Origin: Octopus vulgaris
Lineage: Eukaryota
NCBI GenBank assembly: GCA_951406725.2
Contig: OX597824.1
Span: forward strand, 30,008,001-30,072,000
DNA length: 64,000 bases
Direction: 5' to 3'
Shown in pieces: positions 25,221 to 39,495 of the stretch; within the stretch, counting starts at the first letter, position 1; every line of letters begins with the position of its first letter. Position numbers and translations under genes: made by a program. The notes under the pieces were generated by a model that searched no databases, was not told where the DNA came from, and saw only the letters and a program-made list of their open reading frames with translations.

Positions 25221-26002
25221 TATCTTCTGTTTTTGACAACACATAAAGATATTAAAAAAATAATACAATACTTACTAGCAGTGGTTTTTGTATATGGATA
25301 TCATGATTCTTCCACGATGTAAATGTACGTGCACACACGCGCACGCTCGCGTACGTGCGCGCACACGCACACACACAAAGACCTCATTCTCATCCCCGGT
25401 GTCCATTCCCAAATGAAGACCACCTAATATGTTTGCGCTCATTACCACAGTTTCGACCAACCCCCAGATTAAAACACATTTTATTAAAGCCAGAGAAATA
25501 AATGAGTTTTGAAGGCAAAATGTATACATACATACATAGTATAATGAGCAAATGGTAATTGCCGGGCTATGTCCAACCGACATCGTGTTAGTTTAATATA
25601 TATACACGCCACACCTTCAGTTTATACATGTTTTCGTCTCTTCCACCGCCGTCTACTGTATACACACATGAAGGAGACAAGTTCACAGAAATGTACGAAT
25701 TCACTCGAGAAATAAATAAAAAAAACGAAGGCAAAACAAACAGATGGTAAAATATTGGTGCTTGTTAATACGATGGTAAATACGAGTAAGTACATACAAC
25801 ATATAACTAGATACACATATACATCAGTATAAACAGTTAATCACTTAATTTCATGTGTGCACGTGTGTGTAAGAATGTCACTCTGTGTGTGTATGTGTGT
25901 GTGTGTGTGTTTATATATGAGTAGTGTGTTTGCTTTTGTTTTTTTGTCTGTTTGCATGTGCAGCTACGTTCTTCTTGTAGATGTTTTTCAATGAATGCAT
26001 AT

Positions 26003-26044
<42 letters not shown>

Positions 26045-26547
26045 TGTGTGGTTTACTTTTTACTTGTTTCAGTCATTGGACTGCGGCCATGCTGGGGCAT
26101 TGCCTTCAAGTGTTTAATCGAATAAATCGATTCCGGTACTTACTTTTTTGTCAAGTTTAGAACTTATTTTATCGGTCTCATTTGCCGAACCACAATATCC
26201 TAAACAAAGCAACACCGGTTGTAAAGCATTATGGGATGGACAAACACAAACACAAAGATGTACACATATATAACCACACACATACACACTCACACACACA
26301 TCCATACACACGTACACGCACATACATACAGACATGTATATATACAGACGTGCCTCTTCTCAGTTCTTGTCAACCAAGAGACATTAGTCGCCCTGGGGAT
26401 ATAGCAGAATTCACTTGCTCAAGGTGTGGTGCAGTGAGACTGAACCCGATACCATGTGATTGTAGAGCAAGCTTTTTACCCAGGCAGTCATGCCTGCGCT
26501 TATGTATGTTCAAATAAATATTTGTGTGTGTTTTTTAAAAGTTGAAT

Positions 26548-26690
26548 GAAATTAGTCAGCGTAAAATCGCAGAAAATCTTCGGATTCCATTTTCTTCAGT
26601 TAATAGAATGATTGTGCAATTCACCAGAGAGGGGAAGGAGTCCACATCACCTCGCCCAGATCAACCAGGGCTTTCTGACAGGACCCTAAT
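26548..26690 (+). mobile_element. Fragment of the Tc1-like transposase seen at 29641
   Basis: [44 protein letters not shown] nearly identical to ORF 29641-29970. Confidence 0.85.
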
Positions 26691-27774
26691 GTCAATAAAG
26701 AGCTCAAGGTGCTCTTCCGTTAATTGCTCGGGCCTTGTTTTTTCCAGGATTTAGATCTAATGTGTTGCTTGAAATAGAATAACTCTTGAATGCATTGATT
26801 TGTGGATCAGACTCCATATAATGTGCCAATCAGCACGATGATAATTCCATAAAGAAGTCAAAAATTTATATGACGATTTGCAAAAAAAGAAATGGGAAAC
26901 TTATAATGAAAATCCTTTTGTAGCTATTACGGTTCGAAAGGTTTTAAAAGAGCTTGAATTTGCATAAAAGAGTGACTGGTGGGGCCGCCAGTTCTGGTAC
27001 AGAGATTGTTACTAATTATTCTAAGCTACCGAAGAAAATAATTACTGAAGGGATCTAGACACCAAGGCAAGTATAAAATAATTATGAAACTGTACTTTTC
27101 TGGAAGTGCTTACCTACTAGAACTTTTATTTATCAAAAAGAAAAATCAACATCAGTTACAGCTTCCAAAATTCGCCCGAATCTTCCTCTAAAAAGAAATG
27201 TCCCGGGTAATATGAAATTAAAGCCCTATCCGTGTATCTCTCTGAAAATTCAAAGATTATCCAAAGTTTAATCTACATCTGATTCAACCTTCAAGTAAGA
27301 AAGTGGCTTATTAGTAGCCTTTTCGAAGAATGGCTTACAAACATTTATTTGTCCTGCGAAACATGCAGTGCAAAACACATTTCCAACAAAGCATTGTTTC
27401 TTGGCAATGCAAAAGGCCAGCTCTGTAATCCTCAAGAAAGAGCGAGTCGAACATAAAGTTTTCGATGGAATGTAATGACATCCGTTTCAAGAAGCTGCGC
27501 AGCTTTTACTGCCGAAGTTTGATACCAGTCTTTCCAGGATCTTGCAGATTAATGATTCTCAACTATATTGACACTGCCTTCATATTTACCGTCCCTTTAT
27601 GAGCTCACAAAGCCCGAAAGGGAGCGTTATCGCCCTGATTCAGATACATTGCACTAACCACAAACATTTTCTCTTGCGTGGTTTTAAAGAAATTTGAGCG
27701 CTATTTGTTATAGGTCGTCGATGTTCGCTGAGGAGATTCAGCAGATTGAAACACATCCGATAAGTTTTCTCTTA

Positions 27775-28295
<521 letters not shown>

Positions 28296-28637
28296 ATACT
28301 TACCAAAATATTTTAAAATAGTGTTAGCTATTGAGTTTATATTATCTTTTTAAGTTTGCTTTTCGATACGGCTATGCTGAGGCACTGCCTTGGAGAATTT
28401 CAGTCGAACGAGTTGACCCCAGTACTTTGCTCTTTTAAGCTTGATACTTCTTATATCGATCTCTTTTGCTGAAGCTCTAGTTTACGGGACATAAAAGACA
28501 CCAACACTGATTGTACTAGACTTTAAAAAAAAATAAGTACTGGGGTCGAATTGTTCGACTAAACCCTTCAATGTGGTGCCTGCCCCAGCATGTCCGAAAT
28601 CCAAGTAAAAAGGTAAAGGATATTATCATCAATATAT

Positions 28638-28748
<111 letters not shown>

Positions 28749-29113
28749 ATGTATGTATGTATGTATGTATGTATATATGTATGTATGTATGTATGTATAT
28801 GCATATTCAGAGTTGGCCAAAGGTTACCTGATAATAAATCAAAACCATTTAATTCCAAGATATATTTATGTTTAACAGCTGAATGAATTCAATAAAAGTA
28901 TCTAAATAAACAGTTATTTTAATTCACAGCATTCAATTATAAAACATTCATAATTGGAATGAATAAATAAAATTAAATATTAAGTATTTATGGAATTTTG
29001 ATTTACTATCGGATGACTTTTAGCCAACACTGTATATATATTACCTTATATATATATATATATATAATTGCTACACTCGTATACGTGTTGCTTTATATAT
29101 ATATATATATATG

Positions 29114-29145
<32 letters not shown>

Positions 29146-29163
29146 TGTATGTATGTATGTATG

Positions 29164-29220
<57 letters not shown>

Positions 29221-29234
29221 ATATAAATATATAT

Positions 29235-29438
29235 ATGAATGTTGATTCGCTAGCTTCTGCACGCATTTCTCTCCTTGTTTCTTTCTGTGTTTCTTTTCTG
29301 TGTACCTTTCTGTTGAAGAGCGTAGGCTCGAAACGTAAAAGACTTGTTTTATTTATATTCCTGAGCGCCATACTAATACAATTGTTTGTTTATATTCCAC
29401 CTGCCTTCGTCTTTTGTTTATTTTCATAAAGCTTCCCG

Positions 29439-29440
<2 letters not shown>
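29235..29440 (+). mobile_element. Penelope-like remnant with minimal hammerhead variant
   Basis: 29306-29341 CTTT-CTGTTGA-A-GAGC-GTAG-GCTC-GAAA-CG-TA-AAAG; between (TA)n tracts. Confidence 0.65.
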
Positions 29441-29498
<58 letters not shown>

Positions 29499-29513
29499 GT
29501 ATATATGTATATA

Positions 29514-30760
29514 CCAGATATGACAGAAGTAAATAGACACCCCATAAAACATCGTTTATGTTTATTCTAACTTGTAAAGGCTTATCCTTTTTATTAATTG
29601 ACATTTTTATGTTTCAGATTACATATGCGGCTGTTTAATCATGCCATGTACAAAAGAAGCCTTGGAACTGTCTGAATTTCAAAGAGACTGTATTGTAGGT
29701 CATTCTGAAGGTGGAATTAGTCAGCGTAAAATCGCAGAAAATCTTCGGATCCCATGTTCTTCAGTTAATAGAATGATTGGGCAATTCACCAGAGAGGGGA
29801 AGGAGTCCACATCACCTCGCCCAGATCAACCAGGGCTTTCTGACAGGACCCTTCTCTTTATTAAGAAAAATTTGAACGATAATCTTCGTTGCAAGGCCTT
29901 TGGCATAGTAGAACAAGTTGATGTAAGTCCCAGACCGGCTGTCAGGTATCTCCACAAATTTGGTTACTAAGGCAAAACAGCAAGAAGGAAGCCACCTCTT
30001 CGACCAGCCAACATTAAGTGGAGAAAAGATTGGGCCAGTGAGATGGGGAAAAGGCCACTAGCATTTTGGGACACTCTCATATTCTCTGATGAGTTCAAAT
30101 TTGCTGTATTTCCTGACAGTGATCGAGTGTGAGTCTGGAGACTCTGTGATCAAAAATTTGAAGGGGAAAAGATTGCAGCCAACAATGAAAGAAGGCAGCT
30201 ATTCTGTGATGGTTTAGAGGATAATTTTGAGCAATGGTTGATCAGAGCTGAGGGAGTGTGAGGGAAACAAACACAGATAAATATGCGTCCATATTGCAGA
30301 AAGGATTCTTTCCAGACTTCTCCAGTGGGGAAATGATTAAAGAAGAATATTTATGGAAGATGGGGCTCCTTGTCATACGGCTAAAATGATCAAAGATTTG
30401 TTGGATGAGAATGGCGTTAAAAAGCTTCCCTAGTCGGGCCAGTCATCAGATATGAACTCTATTAAACGCCTCTGGAACATAATAGACAGAACACTTCATA
30501 AAAAGAACAAGAAAGCATCTTCAAAGCCAGATCTTTTGACATAACTGCATGAAACTTGGCAAGAAATTCGCTAGAGAATATTCGTCAGCTGATCAGTAAC
30601 ATGCCTGATAGGGTCCTTGCATTGATAAAACAAAGGGCATGTCTACTAAATATTAAATATTCATATAATAACACTTAATAAATAATTTGAATGTATACTT
30701 TCAGATTTAAATAAATTTTAATGATTATAAGGGTGTCTATTTACTTCTGTCATGTATTTG
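29514..30760 (+). mobile_element. Tc1-like DNA transposon with pseudogenised transposase
   Basis: TIR core ATGACAGAAGTAAATAGACACCC at both ends, TA flanks; [24 protein letters not shown]; downstream IFSDEFKF, EDGAPCH and SSDMNSIK-LW-like remnants with stops and frameshifts. Confidence 0.92.
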
Positions 30761-31050
30761 TAGATACACACACACACACACACACATATACATATATACA
30801 CACATATATGTATCAATATATATGTATACATAAATATATATATATATACATACACACACACACATATATATATATATATCAATATATACGCGTATGTATA
30901 TACATACATACATGCATGTATACACATACATACCGATGTATAAACACACATAAGCACACACACACATACATACATATATATGTATATATATATACATAAG
31001 CACACACAAACATACATACATATATATGTATATATATATACATATATATG

Positions 31051-31088
<38 letters not shown>

Positions 31089-31195
31089 TATATAACTATA
31101 TATTACTTTATATATTATATTATTTGCGTTATATATATATCAATATATATATATGTATACATATATATATACGTATGTATATATATATGTGTATA

Positions 31196-31239
<44 letters not shown>

Positions 31240-31249
31240 CATACATACA

Positions 31250-31281
<32 letters not shown>

Positions 31282-31297
31282 CATACATATTACATAC

Positions 31298-31337
<40 letters not shown>

Positions 31338-32099
31338 CTTTATATATAATATTATTTGCGTTGTGGGTGAGTTTTGTAATCTTCAGCTCAAGAGGACGTC
31401 ATAACTCGATTACAGCTGTCAACATGGAATAATTGGATTCGAGACTAATTGGTGGAGAATGAGGAATGGGGGCAGAAATAGAAACATCATCATCGTCATG
31501 ACATCAATATCGTATTCATAATGTCGTCATCATCACCATCATAACATCATTGTCGTCGTCATCATCACCGTCGTCGTCATCATCATCATCATCATCATCA
31601 GCATTAACAACAACACCGTCACCATTACAACAACATCATCGTCATTATCATCATCATCATCGCCATAATCGCCTCCATCATCTTTGTTTCTTTCTCTCTT
31701 CTTTCTTGACCGACTATTTATCGGCAACAGATGCTAGATAGCTGATTTTCAACAGATGTTAGCCAGACAGACAAGCTGACAGACATATAGACAAGACACG
31801 CAGACAGACACACAGACAGCATTTCGTTCTATTGTCATATAATATCCCATTACAATAGAACAGAGTTGACCGAAAACCAATTTTCAATACAAAAAGAAAT
31901 AAATTTATATTATTTTATTTTTTTAAACATTTTATTTAATCTTATTTAATACAAAAACAGATGGACAAATAGTGGCACTAGTCTTTGCTGGAACAATCTT
32001 CGACCAAAAGAATGGTTAATTTTGTTGTTTCAGCAAATCTATAACCTAACCAAAGGTATTCTAATTGTGACCATCACCCATTTTTTTCTTTTTTTTTTT

Positions 32100-32740
32100 T
32101 TTTGGCCAAGCATAGTGTCTCTTATATTCACCTGGGGTGGGAGTTGAGCTGGCTCCGACCAACGAGTTCACCACGTCCCTCAGCCGTCCAAGAATTTGGA
32201 CCAGGAGATCTCCATTTCCATTCCAGTGGTGTCAGGCGTCAACGAAGAGCCCTCAACTACAACAAGACGACCAAAGTTTTTTTTTGTTTTCACGGTCTGT
32301 GATCTCCCGCCCCTAAGTCCTAGACCATCACCTAATCCCCCTTACCCGTCTTGTTGCTTAACAACAACAACAACAACAACCCCGTCCTTCACGGATCCGA
32401 CGATCGGTCGCCGATAACGCGGATGCCGTAGCCGTAGTTGTCATTCGCTGTTGAAGTGTTGAGTTCATGTTCGGAGTTTCAGCTGGAATACAAGTTCATA
32501 TGGGGTCCCCGGTTACATGCATGCCCACTTTGGGGAAGTGTGATCCGTAGCAGCCCATCTTGTCGTCAATTGCGCGACCGTCGCAGAGGTTTCGCTGACC
32601 AAATCACCGCCGATTATTGGAGCAGATTATGGAAAAGAATGGCGCAATCAAGGTCAGAATTGGACAGAATTGGACAGAGTTGGAAGCACATTGTGACCAG
32701 CGATCAATAACAGCATCTGACTGCCTGGTCGATACTGTGA
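32100..32740. promoter_or_regulatory. CpG-rich unique island, candidate promoter/first exon
   Basis: Locally GC- and CpG-rich non-repeat sequence; three ATTGG (CCAAT) boxes at 32616-32675; AAGATGG/AATGGCG YY1-like motifs; minus-strand donor-like GTAAGG (about 32345) and GTGAAT (about 32130). Confidence 0.45.
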
Positions 32741-32745
32741 TAATG

Positions 32746-33168
32746 GGATCTTTTCGGTTTAAACGGCAGTTTTTAACATAATTTCTAGGTAACTAAAAAA
32801 TTTTAAACTTCGTATACTGGTAGAATGTGTTTATAAAACATCTTTTTCTCTTGGCTTTATTGAGAAAATTCTATAGTTTGTAAGGTATTTGTTTTTTTTT
32901 TTTCCCTTCCATTTCTGCAATTTCAACCAATCACTGACGTCTATTGAGGTAAAAAAAACATTCTGTGCCGTATGGATATGGTGCTCGTTTAAGAAACAGT
33001 TTGGGTTTATTTACATTTGTGAAGAAAAAAATATACCCTTCCCCCCCACTCCTAACCCTAACCCTAAAACAGATTGAAATGCAATAGATCGATACTAGGG
33101 TCATAATTATGGGTGACAATTTCATATGACACCACTAGAAAAAACTGCCGTTCAAACCGAAAAGATCC
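32746..33168. mobile_element. MITE with 29-bp TIRs and internal CCTAAC repeats
   Basis: GGATCTTTTCGGTTTAAACGGCAGTTTTT versus AAAAACTGCCGTTCAAACCGAAAAGATCC (one mismatch); no TSD identified. Confidence 0.88.
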
Positions 33169-33695
33169 AAAACACGTATTCTGCTTTCTGTGTTTACACC
33201 TGTAGTTCTCATCTTGTTATTGTTTCAGTGTTTCAGTTACTTCTTGATACACAAGAGATTAAATTAAATAATTTAGGTGCACCTCACTTATTGCTTGCCA
33301 TGTTTTCTTAAGCATCCTTCTAAATAACAAAATTATGAATAACATGTTTATCGAGATGGATTTTTCTAAAACCTTAAATTACATTTTGAAAAATTGACTA
33401 CACACCTAGTTACCCCTGACGGTGCACCATTAGTGAGCCATTGGTTAACTAACACTTGTCTATAGATAAATATCTATCTATAATTGTATTACATGTTTTT
33501 TCCACATAACAATGATAGAATTTTATAGTCTTGGTTGTAAATATCTTTGAAGGTGCTCTGTTTGTGCATGTATGTATTGAAAATCAAAGCAATTTCACAA
33601 AATATTTCATTCCATCCGGTCAATGGTAGTCAGTTTTTTGGGTTTTTTTAAAAATATAATTGTTGTTTTTTTTTTTAAAGAAATTCTTTTTCCAA

Positions 33696-33696
<1 letters not shown>

Positions 33697-33792
<96 letters not shown>

Positions 33793-33900
33793 AAGTTTTG
33801 AAAAAAAGTTGAAAAGTTTCAAACAAAAGTCGTTTCAGAAAGCAAGAGTTTAAACAGTTTAAACAGAAGATCAAGAAAAAAAAGAGAATTAAAAACAAGC

Positions 33901-33991
<91 letters not shown>

Positions 33992-34070
33992 AGGAAAGAA
34001 GGAAAGAAAGAAAGAAAGAAAGAAAGAAGGAAGAAAAGAAAGAAAGAAAGGAAGAAAGAAAGAAGGAAAG
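33697..34070. repeat. (TG)n and (GAAA)n microsatellites
   Basis: Direct inspection. Confidence 0.95.
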
Positions 34071-34237
34071 GAATGTTTTGCTTTGTATGGGAAAAAGAGA
34101 GAGTTTGTGTAAGAAAAAGAAGAGAAGAGAACGAAAGGAGAATGCTAGGACGAAAGGTGAGAGAGGTAAGATAAGCCTTCATACAGCTATTGGCTTCGTT
34201 GATAGTTTGTAGAGAATCTGAGTGTGTGTGCGTGCGC

Positions 34238-34291
<54 letters not shown>

Positions 34292-35179
34292 CTATATATT
34301 TGAAAACAAGATTTTCTTCAATTAGGAAGATTAATAATTACGTAAATAAAAATTTTAGAAATTTTTTGTGCAAGAGCTCTGCTTTTCAAACACGCACACA
34401 CGCACATGCACACGCGCGCACACACACACACACGCACACACACACACACAGGGTGAGAGAGAGAGGGAGAAAGAAAGAGAAAAAGGAGCAAATTCCAGGG
34501 CTTTTAGTAGACTTGGTCTCGTAGATACTAGTAAAATATTTACTGTCTTGTTTAGATTTGCTTATACTTAGAATTGCTATAGAACAGTTATTCTCAACCA
34601 TTCGCCTATAGACCCTTTTGATCCCTACTTTAATCTACTGAGCCCTCGTTAAAAAATCTTAATATGTTTGTATAATTAAAATATTATTAGGAACTGTTTT
34701 TAAAAAATTGTTAAAATATTTTGTGTACTGTAGAACCACAACCAGTTTATTGTACGTAAATTTTAACTACAAAAGTCTTATATGAAGCCTCAAGGGTAAT
34801 GTAGATCCCCAGTTGAACACCACTTAGCGGAATCGTTAGCACGCCGAGCAAAATCCTTAGCGACATTTCATCCGTCTTTCCGTTTTGAGTTCAAAGAAGA
34901 CAACTTTACGTTTCATCTCTTCGGAGTCGATAAATTAAGTTCCAGTTGAACATCGGGGTCAGACTAGTTCCCTCCCAAAAATTTCAGGCCCTAGTGCCTT
35001 TAGTAGAAAGAATTGTTGTTGTTGTCGTCGTCTTCTTCTTTTCCCCTCCTCCTCCTCCTCCTCCTCCTTCTCCTCCTCCTCCTTCTTCTTCTTCTTCTTC
35101 TTCTCCTCCTTCTCCCCCTCCTCCTCCTCCTCCTCCTCCTCCTCCTTCTTCTTCTTCTTCTTCTTCTTCTTCTTCTTCT

Positions 35180-35656
35180 TCTTCTTCAGGACTCACTCCA
35201 TTAGCCACAAAGAATAATCTCTAATTTGAGTCTACTCTAAGCTATTAAGAATGCGTGTGGCAACTTGAAGATCCACCCATCACACGCGATAGACTGGCGA
35301 TTGCACGGACGCAAAAGCTACGTTGTTATCCTCATTCCGTAAACGGTGGCTTTTAACAGGTGGAGAGCTGAACCATCCTGGGGTACAGAGGATTCGCAGT
35401 CTAGACTAGGGTCTGAAAGTTTACCACACCATAGTGGGTTACACCATGGTTCCTCTGCTTTGTGGCAGAAGTAAGAAGAAAGAGTGAGAGAAAGTTGTGG
35501 TGAAAGAGTACAGCGGGGTTCACACACACCGCCGGAGCCACGTGGAGCTTAGGTATTTTTGCTCAATAAACACTCACAATGCCCGGTCTGGGAATCGAAA
35601 CCGCGTTCTTGCGACCGCGAGTCCACTGCCCAAACCACTGGGCCATTGCGCCTCTA
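35180..35656 (-). mobile_element. SINE family C with longer 3' region
   Basis: Same tRNA-like head as 18338-18617; the 3' extent, ending near the (CTT)n tract, is approximate. Confidence 0.7.
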
Positions 35657-35929
35657 CTGTTATTGTTGTTTTGAAGCAGTTGAGTGCGTTATTGTTATAT
35701 GTTCGATCTGTTGATGCCTTCCGCGTTTGATTCTTTTATACTTCAAAACTACTACTAAATACAAGAATAACACGTCCGATATAGTTATTTGAAAGGAAAA
35801 GAAAAATCATGCGTTTCGAAGAGGTCAATAGCCCTTCTTCCGATGTAAATATTACTTCCAAAATCAGCGAGGAGCAGAATATTTATGGAGGACTGTTTCG
35901 AAAGATGCAATTCTACTGCCCTTGCTATA

Positions 35930-36105
35930 AATTTACATTTATGATAATAGTTATTAGTGTCTTTATTTACGTTAGTAAATATTAAAATGACAGGCTGGAA
36001 AAGTAAGGGCTTTGAGATAGAGAAACAAACCAGCTAATACGTCTTGGACAGTCAGTACAGTTTGTAAGTGGAACAGTAAAAATATTGAAGACTTTTCTAA
36101 AAACG
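35930..36105 (+). pseudogene. Old diverged fragment of the RLE LINE C-terminus
   Basis: AGTGGAACAGTAAAAATA..AAGACTTTTCT and upstream sequence align with about 36980-37140. Confidence 0.6.
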
Positions 36106-36777
36106 CTTATCGTTGTTGTTATCGATATCTCAGCGATGAGGTTTTGTATCTTTTTAGAAATTATTCTAAATTAAAAAGAGAAAGAGAACAAAAATACATA
36201 CGCACATACATTCATCAGTATATACATACATACATAAATGCACGTATTGACATACATATATACACAAAGATACATATATAAATACTCTCATATCCACATA
36301 TATACATCCATTCACATGTGTGCATTCATACATACGTATATACATATATACATACTTACAAACGTACACACATACATACAAACATACATACATGCTTACA
36401 TACTTATGTATGTATATACAAACTTACATATACACATGCTTACATACATACATGTAAGCATACATACATACAAGTTTACATACATACATTCTTACATACT
36501 CACACATACACACACACACATACATACATATATACATACATACATACATACATTCATCAATATATACATATCTATATACATACATGCACGTATTGATATA
36601 CATATATGCAAAGATACATACACATATATATACCTACCTGCATACATATCTGTAAGCAGGCATTTACATGGGTACACTCATACATGCATATACATATATA
36701 CATACATAAGTACGTACTACGTACATACATACATACATACATACATACATACATACATACATACATACATACATACA

Positions 36778-36805
<28 letters not shown>

Positions 36806-36808
<3 letters not shown>

Positions 36809-37260
36809 GAATAACAAGCCGGATTTTGTTATTTGGGACAGAGGGGCAAAGGTATGTACCGTCATAGAGTTCAGCTGCTCTACAGATATAAATATCTCTT
36901 TGAAAATCAAAGAAAAACAGGATATCTATGGACATGTGCTTCGAAACCTCCAGCTTCTACATCCAGAGTATGAATTCATATTCATATCAATAATAATTGG
37001 AGCACTAGGTTTTGTCAGTAAAAGCTTAAAGGAGAATCTGGATAAACTGGAATTTTCAGAAAGAGAAATCGACCGGCTAATTCGTACATTACAAGTGCAA
37101 TATGTGAGTGGAACAGTAAAAATATGCAAGACTTTTCTCAAGTTCCAAATGTGAATTTGTCAGTGTTAACTACATCTCATCTCAAAGATGGAGCCTTGTA
37201 TCTTTGTTGGAAACCGACTCCCTACTCAGTGGAAGATTTATAATAATTTAAAAAATAAGA
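36806..37260 (+). mobile_element. 5'-truncated R4/Dong-like non-LTR retrotransposon (restriction-like endonuclease domain and 3' UTR)
   Basis: Open frame NKPDFVIWD..VIEFSC..KIKEKQDIY..IIIGALG fits the PD-(D/E)xK RLE motif of R2/R4-group LINEs; stop at 37154; (TACA)n on both sides. Confidence 0.85.
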
Positions 37261-37419
37261 GACATGCATACATGCATGCATACATACATACATACATACA
37301 TACATACATACATACATACATACCCGACACTACACTACATATCACCATATATCAAATATGAAACGTAAATGTATATATTTCTTGTTTAAATAATAGAAAT
37401 TAGCACATATACATATCAC

Positions 37420-37435
37420 ATATAAACGCGCACAC

Positions 37436-37473
<38 letters not shown>

Positions 37474-38159
37474 TACACACATACACAACCACGGATGTAG
37501 TCACACATATATGCAACTAAACAGTGCCGCACAAGTACATACATAACAAGCAGAAATATTAAGGGACGTACACACACACTGACACACGCCACACACACGC
37601 ATACACTGCTACATAGCTAAACAAACATACACACACACTCACACTTGCATACACACATAACACACTTACACAAACACACTGACACAGACACACGTATTCG
37701 CACACACACACATACATACAGTAACATATAGCCATACAAACACACATGCGCATAACTTATAGACAAACATACATTCTGACACGCACATTCACATAGACAC
37801 ACAAACACACATACATACACACTCACAAACACAGATACACATATCCATATAGCCAAACATACACACTGGTACAACGCACTGATACAAACACACACACACG
37901 CACACACACAAGCACACACACATACACACACACATACACACACACAAACGCACACACACACACACACACACGCACAAACACACACACACACACACACAAA
38001 CACACACGCACAAACACACACACACACACATACACACACGTACACAGTCATCTAACCAAACAAACACACACACACATACACGCACGCGTGCACACACACA
38101 CACACACGCACACACACACAAACACACACAAACGCACACACACACACACACGCACAAAC

Positions 38160-38192
<33 letters not shown>

Positions 38193-38234
38193 AACACACA
38201 CATACACACACACGTACACAGTCATCTAACCAAA

Positions 38235-38278
<44 letters not shown>

Positions 38279-38310
38279 CACACACACACACACACACACA
38301 TCCACACACA
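37420..38310. repeat. Degenerate (CA)n array with an internal duplication of about 180-bp period
   Basis: CGTACACAGTCATCTAACCAAACAAAC occurs at about 38039 and 38213. Confidence 0.85.
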
Positions 38311-38513
38311 GAGTGAGAGAAAAGCAGCCCATTACAACAGCGTATATCGAAGTGGTCAAAATGAAAGCCGTACTACAAGTTGTAAATGTCAAAGGTTTCT
38401 AACAACACTCACTTGACGGCTTCAAAGACAATTAATTCTTAAGTCTTGGCTAATGTGTCAGATTTTAGCGATGCCATTTCACTCAGCTGTGTATGAACTG
38501 TCTACAAATACTA

Positions 38514-38546
<33 letters not shown>

Positions 38547-38568
38547 GTTTCTGTGTATATATACACAC

Positions 38569-38623
<55 letters not shown>

Positions 38624-38825
38624 TATACATATAAATAGGCACTGGAGTAGCTGTGTTGTAAGAAGCTTGCTTCCCAACTGCATGCTTCTGTGTTCACTCT
38701 CACTGCGTGCCACCTTCAGCAAGTGTCTTCCACTATAGCCCGGGGCCGACCCAAGCCTTTCGAGTGAATTTGGTAGACCGAAACTGAAAGAAGCCAGTCG
38801 TATACATACATATATACATATAAAT

Positions 38826-38858
<33 letters not shown>

Positions 38859-38885
38859 TACACACATATATATATATATACACAT

Positions 38886-38974
<89 letters not shown>

Positions 38975-39101
38975 CACACACACACGCTCACACGTACAAA
39001 GACACATACATATCTATATGTATGAATGTATGTATATGCGTATGTATGCATTACATACACACGATTTTGCTTTTTCCTCGTGTTATATATATATACACAC
39101 A

Positions 39102-39229
39102 CGAGGGGTGTATGAAAAGTATTTAGCCTCCAAAAAAAAAAAAAAGAACATGGTACAAGATTTATGATGAAGGTACAAGACTTCAAGGCTCAAAGGCCTT
39201 GAAGACTCAAAACGTTTCATACACTCCTC

Positions 39230-39230
<1 letters not shown>
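39102..39230. mobile_element. 129-bp mariner-type MITE
   Basis: TIRs CGAGGGGTGTATGAAAAGT / ACGTTTCATACACTCCTCG (17/19 match); TA on the right flank. Confidence 0.8.
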
Positions 39231-39281
<51 letters not shown>

Positions 39282-39379
39282 CTTATAAAATAAGGGCAAG
39301 AGAAAAGTTCTAATGTCAAATATGCCGAAAATAGACAAAATTGTCAATAACCATTATAATTTATGCGTCTCGGAACAAG

Positions 39380-39495
39380 CTGATTACTAGTGATGGCAAT
39401 GTTATGCCTCCACTCATCTTCCTACACGGCTTCAGACTCAACATGGAGGCCTACATCAAGTGCTGTCCTGGGTCAAGAGGGTGGCTGCTGGTTGG
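39380..39495 (+). pseudogene. Tc1/mariner-like transposase fragment
   Basis: ITSDGNVMPPLIFLHGFRLNMEAYIKC resembles the segment between the first two catalytic aspartates of Tc1-like transposases. Confidence 0.55.

Noticed and set aside
33050-33068. CCTAACCCTAACCCTAA telomere-like repeat
   Set aside because: Only about three units and internal to a TIR-bounded MITE
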